Below, piece after piece: positions 29,240-39,965 of a DNA stretch of 43,731 nt. Every line of letters begins with the position of its first letter. The first letter of the stretch is position 1. A model generated the notes under the pieces. The model ran no database searches. It was not told the DNA's origin and saw only the letters and a program-made list of their open reading frames with translations. Source of the DNA: Erythrobacter sp. (GTDB taxonomy: Bacteria > Pseudomonadota > Alphaproteobacteria > Sphingomonadales > Sphingomonadaceae); contig JANQTR010000111.1 of NCBI GenBank assembly GCA_030731635.1, positions 1-43,731 on the forward strand. Direction: 5' to 3'. The position numbers were made by a program, and so were the translations under genes.

Positions 29240-29572
29240 CTAAATCCCGAAACTCGCCCCGCAGCCGCAACCTGCGGCGGCTTGCGGGTTTTCGACCTTG
29301 AACGCCGCGCCGCCCAGCGATTCGACAAAATCCACAACGCTGCCGCCGATCAGATCAAGGCTCATCGGATCAACCACCAAGCGCACACCATCAGTTTCGC
29401 TTACTGAATCGTCCGCGTCCGGCGCGTCGGCGAGGTCGAACTTGTACTGAAAGCCCGAACACCCCCCGCCTTCGACTGCAAGTCGCAGGATCGCCGGGCG
29501 CGATTGCTTGTCGGCGATCAGCGCGATCCGCTTGGCAGCGGCGGGGGTGAGGGTCAGAGGTTGAGCGGTCAT
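29240..29572 (-). CDS. erpA: Fe-S cluster insertion protein (HesB/IscA family)
   Basis: VEGGGCSGFQY, NPQAAAGCGCGASF. Confidence 0.9.
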   Translation of the reverse strand: MTAQPLTLTPAAAKRIALIADKQSRPAILRLAVEGGGCSGFQYKFDLADAPDADDSVSETDGVRLVVDPMSLDLIGGSVVDFVESLGGAAFKVENPQAAAGCGCGASFGI

Positions 29573-29611
29573 GGGTTCTATCTAAGCCGCGCGGTGCAAT
29601 TCCTCAACCGG

Positions 29612-30043
29612 TCAGACCGCCTGAATATAATTGCGCAGCGCCTCTGCCTCGTGCTGCACCTCGTCCATCTTGTGTTTGACGAGGTCGCCGATCGAAATGA
29701 AGGCGACCAGTGTACCGTCTTCGACCACCGGGAAATGCCGGAACCGGCGCCGGGTCATCAGGCTGAGCGCTTCGTCAATCGTGGTCGCAGGTGCCACCGT
29801 GACCGCGGGAGACGTCATGATCTGTTCGACCGGAAGATCGAGACACGCCCTGCCGCGATCAGCAAGGCGGTAGATCACATCGCGTTCAGAGATGATGCCG
29901 ACCACCTTGCCATCGCGCAGCACCGGCAATGCGCCAATGCGCCGGGTGGCGAGGATGCCGACGGCTTCGGATACCGGGGTGGAAATATCGCAGGCGATAA
30001 TGTCATCGGCGGTGCGGGCGGCGATGATTCGGGCGATGGTCAT
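29612..30043 (-). CDS. tandem CBS-domain protein
   Basis: RIGALPV, GIISERD, IMT, RFRHFPVV, SIGDLVK. Confidence 0.9.
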   Translation of the reverse strand: MTIARIIAARTADDIIACDISTPVSEAVGILATRRIGALPVLRDGKVVGIISERDVIYRLADRGRACLDLPVEQIMTSPAVTVAPATTIDEALSLMTRRRFRHFPVVEDGTLVAFISIGDLVKHKMDEVQHEAEALRNYIQAV

Positions 30044-30189
30044 GGCTGACTCCCTCTCTCTCAGTGATGAAAGTGCCATGTTTGCGGGCAAAAGGCGAAT
30101 CCGGCTGAATGCGCAATTGCAGTGCGTGAACCGAGGCTTGCATCCTTTGCGCGTTGCCAAGCGCGCACGCGCACGCCATGTCGGGCGCC

Positions 30190-30501
30190 ATGACCCGCAA
30201 ATCCCCGCTCGATGACCCTGTGAACGCCGCCCATGCCTGGGCGCGTTATCGCCAGATCATGAAGCTGCTGCTGGCGGCAACGACCGTGACCGTGGGAATC
30301 GCGATGGGGCTGCTGTTTGCCTATAATGGCATGATTTCAGTGCACTTCTACATCGCGGTGGCGCTGGGGATCAGCCTGACGATGTTGCTTGGCGGGGCAT
30401 TGATGGGGCTAGTGTTCCTGTCCAACGGCACCGGGCACGACGAATCGGTCGATAACCAGCTACCGGGCCGGGATGAATTCTGGCTGCCGAAAGACGATTA
30501 G
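30190..30501 (+). CDS. small two-TM membrane protein
   Basis: Two hydrophobic helices, then [14 protein letters not shown]. Confidence 0.7.
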   Translation: MTRKSPLDDPVNAAHAWARYRQIMKLLLAATTVTVGIAMGLLFAYNGMISVHFYIAVALGISLTMLLGGALMGLVFLSNGTGHDESVDNQLPGRDEFWLPKDD

Positions 30502-30911
30502 GTTGGCGGGGTAAGGCGAAAGTCCGCGACCGGGACGCCGCCGATCAGGTGTTCTTCGATAATCCGGTCGAGCACGGCCGGGGTGCATGAATGATACCAC
30601 ACCCCATCCGGCCACACGACCGCGACCGGCCCGGCCGCGCATATTTGCAGGCAATCGGCCTTGCTGCGCTGTACTCCGCCGCCCGGCCCGCGCGCACTGC
30701 TCTCATCACGCTTTGGTCCCACCAACCCGCGTTCTTTCAGACGGGATTTGAGAAACGCCCAAGCCTCCTCACCTTCCTTGCGCGAGCAGCATTTCTGCTT
30801 GTCCGAGACCGCGCACAGCATGATGTGCCGGGTGATCTGCGTGCCCTTGGCCGGATCGCCAAAATGCTTGGCGAGCGAGGTTTGGGCTGAGAGCAGTTCT
30901 TGCCGACTCAT
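30498..30911 (-). CDS. thioredoxin-like [2Fe-2S] ferredoxin
   Basis: [38 protein letters not shown]. Confidence 0.88.
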   Translation of the reverse strand: MSRQELLSAQTSLAKHFGDPAKGTQITRHIMLCAVSDKQKCCSRKEGEEAWAFLKSRLKERGLVGPKRDESSARGPGGGVQRSKADCLQICAAGPVAVVWPDGVWYHSCTPAVLDRIIEEHLIGGVPVADFRLTPPT

Positions 30912-33094
30912 TTGGCCATCTCGGCCTCGGCCTCCGGCTTCAACCAGCGGTCCAGCCATGCGAACACCGTATCGTGCCATTGCAGCGAATTCTTCGCGCC
31001 CAGCACCCAGTGGTTTTCATCCGGGAATACCAGCAATTGCGACGGAATCCCGCGTTCCTGCAAGGCGGTAAAGCTTTGCAGGCCCTGGGTGTAGGGCACA
31101 CGGAAATCCTGTTCGCCCGTCACGACCAGCATCGGGGTTTGCCACTTGTCGACGTGATTGGCCGGGTTCCAGCGTTCATAGGTGTCGCGCGCAACGCTGT
31201 AAGTTCCGCCAAAATCCCAGCGTGGGAACCACAGTTCCTCGGTCGAATAATAGAAGCTGCGAGTGTCGAAAATGCCGTCATGCTGGACGATGCAATCGAA
31301 CCGGTCGGCCCATTGCCCGGCAATCCAGTTGACCATGTAACCACCATAGCTCGCCCCCATTGCGCAGGCCCGTTCCCCGTCGATCTGGCGGTCGAGCGTC
31401 AGCGCAGCGGTGAGGCCTTTTTGCAGATCTTCGAGCGGCTTTCCGCCCCAATCCTGCCGGATCGCATCGGTGAAGTCCTGCCCATACCCGGTGCTGCCGT
31501 GGAAATCGACCGAGATCACCGCATAACCCTGACTGGCGAGCACGCGCGGGTTCCAGCGGTTCGACCAACTGTCGTTGAAACTGCCCTGCGGCCCGCCGTG
31601 GATATAAAGGATCGCCGGGATCGGCCCGGTCTGATCGGCGAGCCGGGTAATCTGGCCCCACACCGTGTCGCCGTCGGCGCCGGCAAAGCTGAAACGGCGG
31701 GTGACGATGCTCGCCATCTCGCCCATCCGGGTGGTGGCGATATCCGTGATCGGGCGCGCCTGACCCACGCCGTCCGACAGGAACAGTTCCGCCGGGCCGC
31801 CCAACGAATCGCGCGTGAACAAGGTGCGCCCGCCGGGCAGCGGGGTCAGGTTCGCGATATGCGCTTCATTGCCCGCCATCAGATTGAGTTCGGTGACCGC
31901 CCCTGTCTGGGGATCAATGCGGAAGGCCGGGGTGTCGAGCACCTTTTGCGCGGTGGCGAACAGCGATTGGCCGTCCGCACTCCATGCCAAGCTTCCGAAG
32001 CTGAGGTCGGTGCCCTCTGTAAGGTTGCGCACCTTGCCCGTCTTGAGGTCCAGCAACTGCACCGCCAGTGTGTCCGCTTCGTAAGTCGGACGCGCCATCG
32101 CTAGCCATGCGAGATAGCGGCCATCGGGTGACGGCGTGGGAGCGGTATCGGTCGCCGCATTCGCGCCAGTCAACAAGGTTGGTGCCGCGCCGGTCAGATC
32201 CGAGACATAAATGTCGAGATTGGTCGATCCCGGCTCGGCCGCGTCGGCTTTTCTGGCGGTGAAATAGAGGCGCTTGCCGTCGGGCGAGAAGGCCAGTTCC
32301 TCGCCCCCACCGAAGGGCATGCTCGGGGTGTCGGCGACCAGCGCTGTGGCAGGATCGCGTCCAGCAGCGGGCACGCCGCCCTGTGGCCCTTTCCAAGCCA
32401 CCTGCGCGTTCCAACCGGCCAGCGGGTAGACGACAATGCGGTTGTGGGTGCCCGGTGTCTCCCATTGATCCCAGTGGCGGACGAACCCGTCTGCGCCATC
32501 ATACAAGCGCCCGGTGCCAGGGCCCGGCAGGTGCTTTGGCGCGCTATCGGCACAGCCAGTCTCCGCGCAATCGGCGGGCATTTCACCCCATAAGGCGATG
32601 CTCTTGCCCGTCGGCGCAAGCTTGAACCCGGCAACATCGACATCGGCAAAGCCAGCGACCACCTGCGACTTTGCGATGCTGCCATCGGGAGTGACCGCCG
32701 CGCGCCACACCCGGCTGATGGCGTCGGCGCCATCCCATGGCTGCGCATCACTTATGAAATAGAGCAGCCCGTCGGGGCCAAAAGTCGGGGATGACGCTGC
32801 CATCCCGAAATCCAGCGCCACCTGGATCGCATCCGGCGTGGTCAGGTCTAGCAGGTAGTAGGCGGTGCTGCGCGTCAGGCTATTGGGATCGGTCGTGGTG
32901 ACGCTGTAGATCGCCAGGGTTCCGGCCACGTTGACTACCGGCGCGCCGGGGCGCGGCAAGGTGACAAAGTCACGCGCGCTCATCGGCGGGGCGGTGACGC
33001 CCGCAATTGCTGCAGATGGGGTGGATTCTTGCGCTGAGAGCGGGGCTGCGAGAAGGGCGGCGGCGACCGCGCCGGGGATCATCAGGTTTTGCAT
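30908..33094 (-). CDS. secreted S9 family (prolyl oligopeptidase-like) peptidase
   Basis: Signal peptide; beta-propeller; IHGGPQ, GASYGG, DFRVP, DENHW. Confidence 0.92.
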   Translation of the reverse strand: MQNLMIPGAVAAALLAAPLSAQESTPSAAIAGVTAPPMSARDFVTLPRPGAPVVNVAGTLAIYSVTTTDPNSLTRSTAYYLLDLTTPDAIQVALDFGMAASSPTFGPDGLLYFISDAQPWDGADAISRVWRAAVTPDGSIAKSQVVAGFADVDVAGFKLAPTGKSIALWGEMPADCAETGCADSAPKHLPGPGTGRLYDGADGFVRHWDQWETPGTHNRIVVYPLAGWNAQVAWKGPQGGVPAAGRDPATALVADTPSMPFGGGEELAFSPDGKRLYFTARKADAAEPGSTNLDIYVSDLTGAAPTLLTGANAATDTAPTPSPDGRYLAWLAMARPTYEADTLAVQLLDLKTGKVRNLTEGTDLSFGSLAWSADGQSLFATAQKVLDTPAFRIDPQTGAVTELNLMAGNEAHIANLTPLPGGRTLFTRDSLGGPAELFLSDGVGQARPITDIATTRMGEMASIVTRRFSFAGADGDTVWGQITRLADQTGPIPAILYIHGGPQGSFNDSWSNRWNPRVLASQGYAVISVDFHGSTGYGQDFTDAIRQDWGGKPLEDLQKGLTAALTLDRQIDGERACAMGASYGGYMVNWIAGQWADRFDCIVQHDGIFDTRSFYYSTEELWFPRWDFGGTYSVARDTYERWNPANHVDKWQTPMLVVTGEQDFRVPYTQGLQSFTALQERGIPSQLLVFPDENHWVLGAKNSLQWHDTVFAWLDRWLKPEAEAEMAK

Positions 33095-33145
33095 AATGGC
33101 GGGATTAGCCTGCCCCGCCGCGCTACGCCAGTGCTCAGACCTGTG

Positions 33146-33667
33146 TTACGGACGCTTGCCGACGATCCGGGCGATTTCGGCCTGTACCAGCTTTTCCACC
33201 ATCCCCGGCAGGTTTGATTCGAGCCATTCGGCCAGCATCGGCCGCAGCAGTTCCCGTGTCAGGCCTTCGAGCGAGGTTTCACCCGATCGCACGATCTGCG
33301 GGCGCGCGCCCGGTTCGGACAGCATCGCCAGCGCTGCGAGGTTTTCGTGCATCGCATCGCGCACGGTTTCAGCGATCAGCGGGGCATCATCGCGATCATC
33401 GTCATTGACGGTGCGGTCAGCAGGGACGGGGTTGGCCGAGGCGGGGGCAGCGGCATCGGTCGCGTATTCCATGTCGGCAAGGTCGAGCACTTCAGCTGTA
33501 TCGCGCACGACGTGGGCGCGCGCGGCAGCGTTGCGGTCTGCTTCATCCGAAGCCTGTTCGCGGCGGCGGCGAGCATCCATTGCGCCCGCCCGGTTATCGC
33601 GCGCGATCACTTTCTTGATCGATTCGAGGATTTCCTCGACGGATGCTTCGCTATCTTGCGCCATCAT
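33146..33667 (-). CDS. popZ: polar organizing protein PopZ (DUF2497)
   Basis: EASVEEILESIKKVIA N-terminal helix; SLEGLTRELLRPMLAEWLESNLPGMVEKLVQAEIARI; follows tolC. Confidence 0.9.
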   Translation of the reverse strand: MMAQDSEASVEEILESIKKVIARDNRAGAMDARRRREQASDEADRNAAARAHVVRDTAEVLDLADMEYATDAAAPASANPVPADRTVNDDDRDDAPLIAETVRDAMHENLAALAMLSEPGARPQIVRSGETSLEGLTRELLRPMLAEWLESNLPGMVEKLVQAEIARIVGKRP

Positions 33668-33725
33668 AAATCCCATTATTTCACCCCACGCCCTTGTGTC
33701 ATCCTGTCCCGAATCGGGAAGGCAA

Positions 33726-35192
33726 TCATTCGCCGGGCAGCAACTGCGGGCCGATTGTTGCGTCAGGGGCGGGAATGTCAACGGTTCTGGTCGATTTCGG
33801 GACAGGTTCGGGGTCACGGTCCCAATCCCAGAACTTGGTGCCGACCCGTTCGGCGTTGATCGTGGGATCATACAAGACCCCGCCGGTATCAAGGTTCAAA
33901 TCGCGCGCTTCGGCCCGGCCCATCAGTGCCAGCAGGTTGAAGCCCGCGACATAGGCGTTGCGCCGCGCGGTCACCAATTGTGCGCGGGCGCTGACCAGTT
34001 CCTGTTCGGCGTTGAGCACATCAAGGATCGTGCGGTTGCCGATCGAATTTTCAGCGCGCACGCCTTCGAGACTGAGTTCCGCCGCCTCAACCCCGGTCTG
34101 TGCGCTCTTGATCACGCCATTGGCCGCCTGCCAGTTGGAATAGGTTGAACGGGTTTCGGCGATCACCTGGCGTTCGGCGGCAATCACGTCCTCCAGAGCA
34201 GCGGATTCGCGCGCGCCCGCCTGGCGTTGCCGCGCAGCAGGAAGGCCGCCCTGAAACAGCGGGATGGTGATCCGCACGCCGGCATTGGCGGTGGTTTCGT
34301 TTTGGGCGAATTCTGCCGCAACCGGGCCGCCCAACGTGCCGAAAAAATCGCTGTAGTCGCCATTGACGAACAGGCCCACGGTGGGCAGGCGCCCGGCCCC
34401 CGCTACCTTGGTATCAAACCCGGCGGCTTCGGCGCGCAATTTGGCGGCGATCAGGTTGGGATTGTTTTCGAGCGCGGAGACAATCGCTTCGCCGACTCCA
34501 TCGGGCAGACCGGGCAGCGGCGGCGGAGCTTCAAGCTCGCCCGGTGTGCGACCGACCAAGCGGATATAGAGTTCGCGCGCGGCAATCAGATTCGCCTGCG
34601 CCAACTGCAAGTCACCTTCCGCCAGAGCGAGGCGTGAACGTGATTGTGCGACATCGGTGATGGTCAGATCGCCGATCTGAAACCGGTCGCTGGTTGCTTC
34701 GAGATTGGTGCGCAAAACCGCGACGTTGTTGGCCGTGAGCGCGGCCAGCGCCTCGGTCCGCAGCACGTCCATATAAGCGGCGACGACCTGACTGAACAGC
34801 GTGCTTTCGGTGTTGCGCAGGTCGGCTTGCCCCGCCTCAACCCGTTCTTTCGCTGCGCTGATCCCGTTGCGGATCGCCCCACCCGAATAGACCGGCACGA
34901 GCAGCTGCGCGTTGACGCCAAGGTTGCGTTCGGGCGCGGTAAAGGAGTTAGCCGACTGACGCAGAAATTCGATGTGCGTCGCCGTGACATTGGCCGATGG
35001 CAGCCCTTGCGCGCGCTGAATGATCACGCCTTCATCGGTGGCGCGCTGGTTGGCACGCGCGCCTTCAAGCGTTGGGTTGGTGTTGTAGGCGCCGACCAAT
35101 GCTTCGCGCAGGGTATCAGCCTGCGCAGGCGCTGCGAGCGCGAGCAAGCTGGCAGAACCGACCAGCCCGAGCAAGGCGGCGCTGCGCATCAT
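33726..35192 (-). CDS. tolC: TolC family outer membrane efflux protein
   Basis: Signal peptide; ADTLREALVGAYNTNPTL, RFQIGDLT.TDV.Q, GNRTILDVLNAEQE. Confidence 0.9.
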   Translation of the reverse strand: MMRSAALLGLVGSASLLALAAPAQADTLREALVGAYNTNPTLEGARANQRATDEGVIIQRAQGLPSANVTATHIEFLRQSANSFTAPERNLGVNAQLLVPVYSGGAIRNGISAAKERVEAGQADLRNTESTLFSQVVAAYMDVLRTEALAALTANNVAVLRTNLEATSDRFQIGDLTITDVAQSRSRLALAEGDLQLAQANLIAARELYIRLVGRTPGELEAPPPLPGLPDGVGEAIVSALENNPNLIAAKLRAEAAGFDTKVAGAGRLPTVGLFVNGDYSDFFGTLGGPVAAEFAQNETTANAGVRITIPLFQGGLPAARQRQAGARESAALEDVIAAERQVIAETRSTYSNWQAANGVIKSAQTGVEAAELSLEGVRAENSIGNRTILDVLNAEQELVSARAQLVTARRNAYVAGFNLLALMGRAEARDLNLDTGGVLYDPTINAERVGTKFWDWDRDPEPVPKSTRTVDIPAPDATIGPQLLPGE

Positions 35193-35800
35193 GCGAAGGT
35201 CCAGCGCTTGGGCACATCAAAGGCGCGCAGCAAGGGGATGCCGAGATCTTCGAGCGGTTGGAGGTTGACCTGACCCGCCACCTTGCGGCCCGATGCCAGC
35301 CGCGTGACCTGCCGCAGCACAAGCCCGGTGACGATCCGGCCATTATCGGTCAGCAGATCAGCCAGCGCATCGGGCAATTGTTCAATCGCGCCATCAATCA
35401 CGATCAATGAATACTTGCCGTCAGCTGCGCCGATTGCTGCGTCAGCAGCTGATATGGTGGCGCAATCCGCAACCAGCGGGCGCAGCAGCGCGGCGAGGTA
35501 GCCGGTGCCGCCTTCCACCACCAGCGCACGGTCATCAGGCGCGGGCGCGGCTTCCATCAGCAACTTGCCATAAAACAGCGGCGCGGCCAGCGCGCCCCCA
35601 GGTTCATTGGCGCCCAGCGCAATCGCGCGATCGATGTAGGCGACCGAGGCCTTGTCGGCGGGCAGGAAATCCTCGCGCGGCACAGCCAGCATCCGCGCCA
35701 GCACATATTCCTCGTTCACCCCGCTGGTGCGCAGCTGGCTATCGATCATGGCGCGGCGGGCAGTCTTGCTATCAGGCAGGGTGGTGGTCATCGCGTTCAT
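35189..35800 (-). CDS. pcm: protein-L-isoaspartate O-methyltransferase family protein
   Basis: ARRAMIDSQLRT, VPREDF, AYID, GTGYLAA, IVIDGA; pcm-tolC-popZ synteny. Confidence 0.85.
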   Translation of the reverse strand: MNAMTTTLPDSKTARRAMIDSQLRTSGVNEEYVLARMLAVPREDFLPADKASVAYIDRAIALGANEPGGALAAPLFYGKLLMEAAPAPDDRALVVEGGTGYLAALLRPLVADCATISAADAAIGAADGKYSLIVIDGAIEQLPDALADLLTDNGRIVTGLVLRQVTRLASGRKVAGQVNLQPLEDLGIPLLRAFDVPKRWTFA

Positions 35801-35812
35801 TTCTACTCCGGA

Positions 35813-35840
35813 GGACTGTATTAGACACGCAATACAGTCC
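35813..35840. promoter_or_regulatory. perfect inverted-repeat operator overlapping the pcm promoter
   Basis: GGACTGTATT-agacacgc-AATACAGTCC; TTGACG -35 on the minus strand at 35840-35845. Confidence 0.7.
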
Positions 35841-36001
35841 GTCAAGGCCTGCTGCGGCCCTTGAATCTCTGACGCGCCTTAGACTTGCAGCGTGGTTGTT
35901 CCAAGGGCTTTGACCTCACCTGCGCATCGTGTTTAGGGGGACTGGTAGAGGGAGCGCGCAAAGCTTCGGCCTTGAATTCGACTTACGCAGGGATGGCTTC
36001 G

Positions 36002-37417
36002 ATGAGTGACATGACAAACAGCGGGAATGACGTGCGGATCGAAACCGATTCGCTGGGCGAAGTGGCGGTTCCCGCACATGTCCACTGGGGCGCACAGACG
36101 CAGCGCAGCATCGTCAATTTTCCTATCGGCGGCGAACGCATGCCGGCTGCCCTGATCCGCGCGCTCGGCCTGCAAAAGCTGGCGGCGGCCAAGGCCAACA
36201 TGGCGCTTGGCGTGCTCGATGCGCGGCTGGGCGAAGCGATTGTCGCCGCCGCGCGCGAAGTCATCGACGGGACGCTGGCCGATCAGTTTCCACTCGTGGT
36301 GTGGCAGACGGGATCAGGCACCCAATCGAACATGAACGCCAACGAAGTGATCGCCAGCCGGGCCAATGAAATCCTGACCGGCCAGCGCGGCGGCAAGGAT
36401 CCGGTGCACCCCAATGACCATTGCAACATGGGGCAATCATCGAACGACACTTTCCCCACCGCAATGCACATCGCTGCGGCAAGCGAGGCGATTGACCAGC
36501 TGATCCCGGCCTTGCGCAAGCTGCACGGCGCGCTGGACGCCAAAGCCAAGGCGTTTGCCGACATCGTCAAGATCGGCCGCACCCACTTGCAGGATGCGAC
36601 CCCGATGACGCTGGGGCAGGAATTTTCGGGTTATGCCAAGCAGATCGAATACGGCATCGCCCGCGTTGAGGCGACCTTGCCGCGCGTGCTGGAACTGGCG
36701 CAGGGCGGCACGGCTGTGGGAACCGGGATCAACGCCAAGGTCGGGTTCGCCGAGGAATTTGCAGCGCAGGTCGCCGCTGTCACCGGCCATGCCTTCGTGA
36801 CCGCGCCCAACAAATTTGAAGCCTTGGCCGCGCATGATGCAATGGTGGAGATTTCGGGCGCCCTGAACGTCCTCGCCGTCAGCCTGATGAAGATCGCCAA
36901 CGACATCCGCCTATTGGGTTCCGGCCCCCGTAGCGGGCTCGGCGAATTGAGCCTGCCGGCCAATGAACCGGGCTCCTCGATCATGCCGGGCAAAGTCAAC
37001 CCGACCCAGTGCGAAGCGATGACGATGGTCGCCGCGCAGGTAATGGGCAACAACACGACCGTGACGGTCGCCGGATCGCACGGGCATCTTGAACTCAACG
37101 TGTTCAAGCCGGTGATGATCTACAACGTGCTGCAATCGATCAAGCTGCTGGGCGATGCGAGCCACGCCTTCACCGATAATTGCGTGGTCGGGATCGAAGC
37201 CAACACCGACCGGATCACGCAGTTGCTGAATGACAGCCTGATGCTTGTGACCGCGCTCAACCCGCATATCGGGTATGACAATGCAGCCAAGATCGCCAAG
37301 AAAGCCCATGCCGAAGGCACGACGCTGAAGGCTGCGGCGCTGGCGCTGGAACTGCTGACCGAAGAGCAGTTTGCGCAGTGGGTGGTGCCGTTGGACATGA
37401 TTCGCCCGAGAGCCTGA
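36002..37417 (+). CDS. fumC: class II fumarate hydratase (start uncertain: 35993/36002/36011)
   Basis: [38 protein letters not shown]. Confidence 0.97.
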   Translation: MSDMTNSGNDVRIETDSLGEVAVPAHVHWGAQTQRSIVNFPIGGERMPAALIRALGLQKLAAAKANMALGVLDARLGEAIVAAAREVIDGTLADQFPLVVWQTGSGTQSNMNANEVIASRANEILTGQRGGKDPVHPNDHCNMGQSSNDTFPTAMHIAAASEAIDQLIPALRKLHGALDAKAKAFADIVKIGRTHLQDATPMTLGQEFSGYAKQIEYGIARVEATLPRVLELAQGGTAVGTGINAKVGFAEEFAAQVAAVTGHAFVTAPNKFEALAAHDAMVEISGALNVLAVSLMKIANDIRLLGSGPRSGLGELSLPANEPGSSIMPGKVNPTQCEAMTMVAAQVMGNNTTVTVAGSHGHLELNVFKPVMIYNVLQSIKLLGDASHAFTDNCVVGIEANTDRITQLLNDSLMLVTALNPHIGYDNAAKIAKKAHAEGTTLKAAALALELLTEEQFAQWVVPLDMIRPRA

Positions 37418-37516
37418 ACAACGGTTCATCATTCGACCAAGGCCTGACCCCGCCCGACGACAAGCGCCGCACCCGCTGGCGCCCGGCGCGCAGGAGGGTT
37501 ATCGCTCGTCGTCATA

Positions 37517-38770
37517 ATGTTGATGTCCCGAAACAGCGAAACGGCCCTTGCTCCGCCATCCGTTACAGTGCCGTTCCGCACGGTGCTGTTTTCGATGGTG
37601 GTGCTGTGGGCGACCTACCTTTTCCTCACCACGTTGCGCAGCATGGTGATGGACCTCGGCCCCCTACTTCAGCTTGAACTCGGCTGGAGACGGCTGCTGG
37701 TGACCATTGTCGGCGTGGCGTTCACCTTGCTGCTGTGGTTGCTCCTGCGCTTGTTCGACGCTCGTCCACTGTGGATCAAGATCTCCGCCGCACTTGCTCT
37801 TGCTCTGCCGGTCGCGCTGGGGATCGGGCAGGTGAATTACCTTGCCTTCAGGGATATTTTCCCGGCGGTGGAGCAGGCCTATGCGCAGAAGAACAACCTC
37901 AACGTGCGCCGTGATGAGAGCGGCAATCTGCTGGTGGATGTGCCGGTCCGCCCCAATGACTCAGCCGGAGCAAACGCAGCAGAAGGGACGCAGTCGGTGA
38001 TTATCGAGCCGGCCGAAACCTATTCCGATTTCTGGCGCAAGTTGCTCGACATTGCGCTGGGTCGCTACTTCCTGCTGCTGGCCTGGGCATCGACCTATTT
38101 CGCGCTGTTGGCTGGCGTGCAGGCGCGCGCATCACAGCATCGCGAAGAACAGTTCCGCTCCGCCGCCAAGGCCGCCGAACTGCGCAGCTTGCGCTATCAG
38201 GTGAACCCGCATTTTCTGTTCAATACGTTGAATTCATTGTCTGCATTGGTGATGACGGGCAAAGCTGACCGGGCCGAACGAATGATCCAGACGATCAGCC
38301 ACTTCTACCGCCACTCGCTCGCGAATGAACCCACCGCCGATGTCGCGTTGAAGGATGAATTTGATCTGCAAAAGCTCTATCTCGATATCGAGGCGGTGCG
38401 GTTCCCGACCCGGTTGGTGTGCGTGTTCGACCTGCCCGAAGAGCTTGAAGACGCGCGCGTGCCCGGCATGATCCTGCAACCTCTGGTCGAAAATTCGGTC
38501 AAGTATGCGATTTCCGCGGTTGCCCGCCCGGTCACCATCACACTTGCCGCGCGTGAGGAGTTTGATCGGCTGGTGATCACTGTCAGCGACGATGGCCCCG
38601 GTGTGCCGCAAGGCGCAGCGCATGGCTTTGGCATCGGGCTCGCCAATGTGCGTGACCGGCTGGAGGCACGGTTTGGCCCGGATATCGGCTTTGTCTCCGA
38701 CCCGGTCGCAGGCGGCTATCGCACGGAAATTCGCATTCCCCTGTCCAAGCCTGTGAATCGCCATGCCTGA
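37517..38770 (+). CDS. LytS/YehU-type membrane sensor histidine kinase
   Basis: About four TMs; LRYQVNPHFLFNTLN, LQPLVENSVKY, DDGPG, GIGLANV. Confidence 0.92.
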   Translation: MLMSRNSETALAPPSVTVPFRTVLFSMVVLWATYLFLTTLRSMVMDLGPLLQLELGWRRLLVTIVGVAFTLLLWLLLRLFDARPLWIKISAALALALPVALGIGQVNYLAFRDIFPAVEQAYAQKNNLNVRRDESGNLLVDVPVRPNDSAGANAAEGTQSVIIEPAETYSDFWRKLLDIALGRYFLLLAWASTYFALLAGVQARASQHREEQFRSAAKAAELRSLRYQVNPHFLFNTLNSLSALVMTGKADRAERMIQTISHFYRHSLANEPTADVALKDEFDLQKLYLDIEAVRFPTRLVCVFDLPEELEDARVPGMILQPLVENSVKYAISAVARPVTITLAAREEFDRLVITVSDDGPGVPQGAAHGFGIGLANVRDRLEARFGPDIGFVSDPVAGGYRTEIRIPLSKPVNRHA

Positions 38771-39518
38771 GGCTCCGACCGAACCAGCGCCCTTGCGCAC
38801 GTTGATCGTCGATGACGAACCGCTTGCGGTCGAGCGGGTGCAGGTCATCTGCGCTGAGATTCCGTCTGTCCGCGTGGTCGGCACCGCGAGCGATGGGGCT
38901 GCAGCGCTGCGGCTGGCCGAAAAGCTCAGCCCCGATCTGGTGCTGCTCGACATGACCATGCCAGAACTGGATGGCCTGGGCGTTGCCCGGCACTTTGCCG
39001 CGCAGGAGCAGGCGCCGGTGGTTATCTTTGTCACTGCGCATGATCATTTTGCGGTTGAGGCATTTGATCTGGAGGCGGTTGATTACGTTCTCAAACCGGT
39101 TTCAATCGATCGGCTGGAACGCGCGATCGAACGCGCCGTGGCGCGGCGCGGGCAACGCCGTCAGCGGGTCAGCCGCTACCTTGATGAACTGTGGGTGCCG
39201 CACCGTTCCGAATTGCTGCGGATTGCGGTCAGCGAAGTCCACCAGATCGATGCCGAGCGTGACTATGTCCGCCTGCATGTCGGCGGGCTGGAAGCGCAGC
39301 GGTCTTTCCTGTTGCTGCAGACCATTGCCGGGCTGGAAGAGCGGCTCGACCCCGAACAGTTCATCCGCATTCACCGCTCCACCATCCTGCGGCGCGACAA
39401 TATCCGCGGGCTGCGGCATGATGGGCTGGGCGTGTGGTCGGCGGAACTGGTCAACGGCGAAGCGCTCAGGATCGGGCGGACCTATCTTGCCCGGGTCAAG
39501 GGCATGGCGGGACGTTGA
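38763..39518 (+). CDS. LytTR/AlgR-family response regulator
   Basis: REC motifs (DDE, LLDM.MP, FVTA, YVLKP) plus LytTR domain (AERDYV, FIRIHRSTI, IGRTY). Confidence 0.93.
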   Translation: MPEAPTEPAPLRTLIVDDEPLAVERVQVICAEIPSVRVVGTASDGAAALRLAEKLSPDLVLLDMTMPELDGLGVARHFAAQEQAPVVIFVTAHDHFAVEAFDLEAVDYVLKPVSIDRLERAIERAVARRGQRRQRVSRYLDELWVPHRSELLRIAVSEVHQIDAERDYVRLHVGGLEAQRSFLLLQTIAGLEERLDPEQFIRIHRSTILRRDNIRGLRHDGLGVWSAELVNGEALRIGRTYLARVKGMAGR

Positions 39519-39548
39519 TTCGCTGCCCCGCCGAAGGTGGCCGCTAAC

Positions 39549-39591
39549 AAAAAACGGCCCGAACCCCAGGGACTGTAAGGGTTCGGGCCGT
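39549..39591 (-). terminator. Rho-independent terminator of the UrcA-family gene
   Basis: ACGGCCCGAACCC/GGGTTCGGGCCGT 13-bp stem, followed by a T-run on the minus strand. Confidence 0.8.
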
Positions 39592-39638
39592 ATCATCTGC
39601 ACTGCGCCGGGCGGGCAGTGCAGGGCGGCAAACGCGGT

Positions 39639-39965
39639 TCAAGCGCCGCGTTGCTCAATCCTGTTCAGCGCTGCGACCTGCTGACGCGCTTCGGCCCGCA
39701 CCTTGTCGAGGCAGGTGCGTGCGTCTTGGTTCATGATACGCGTTCCGGTCGAACGATCGTCGGCGCGGCACACGCTGCGCGCGGCCTTTTCGATCCGCCG
39801 GTCAAGCGTACGCTGGCCTTGCGCGGTCGCCAGATTGATGTCCGCGGTTGCAATCTTCAGCGTCATCGGGTCCGCCGGGCCTGCGGCCAGGGCCGGGCTG
39901 ATCGCAGCGCCTGCCATAGCCAGTCCGGCAAGGGCGAGTGTCAGGGATTTCGCAAATTTTTTCAT
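39639..39965 (-). CDS. UrcA family secreted protein
   Basis: Signal peptide (PALA); ADINLATAQGQRTLDRRIEKAARSVC...C; GGAGG SD. Confidence 0.85.
   Translation of the reverse strand: MKKFAKSLTLALAGLAMAGAAISPALAAGPADPMTLKIATADINLATAQGQRTLDRRIEKAARSVCRADDRSTGTRIMNQDARTCLDKVRAEARQQVAALNRIEQRGA

Noticed and set aside
35899-35976. Possible long hairpin or 6S-like RNA between pcm and fumC (CAAGG-GCTTTG/CAAAGC-CCTTG)
   Set aside because: A TTGACC promoter-like element lies inside the 5' arm, and the usual zapA/ygfA context of 6S RNA is absent.
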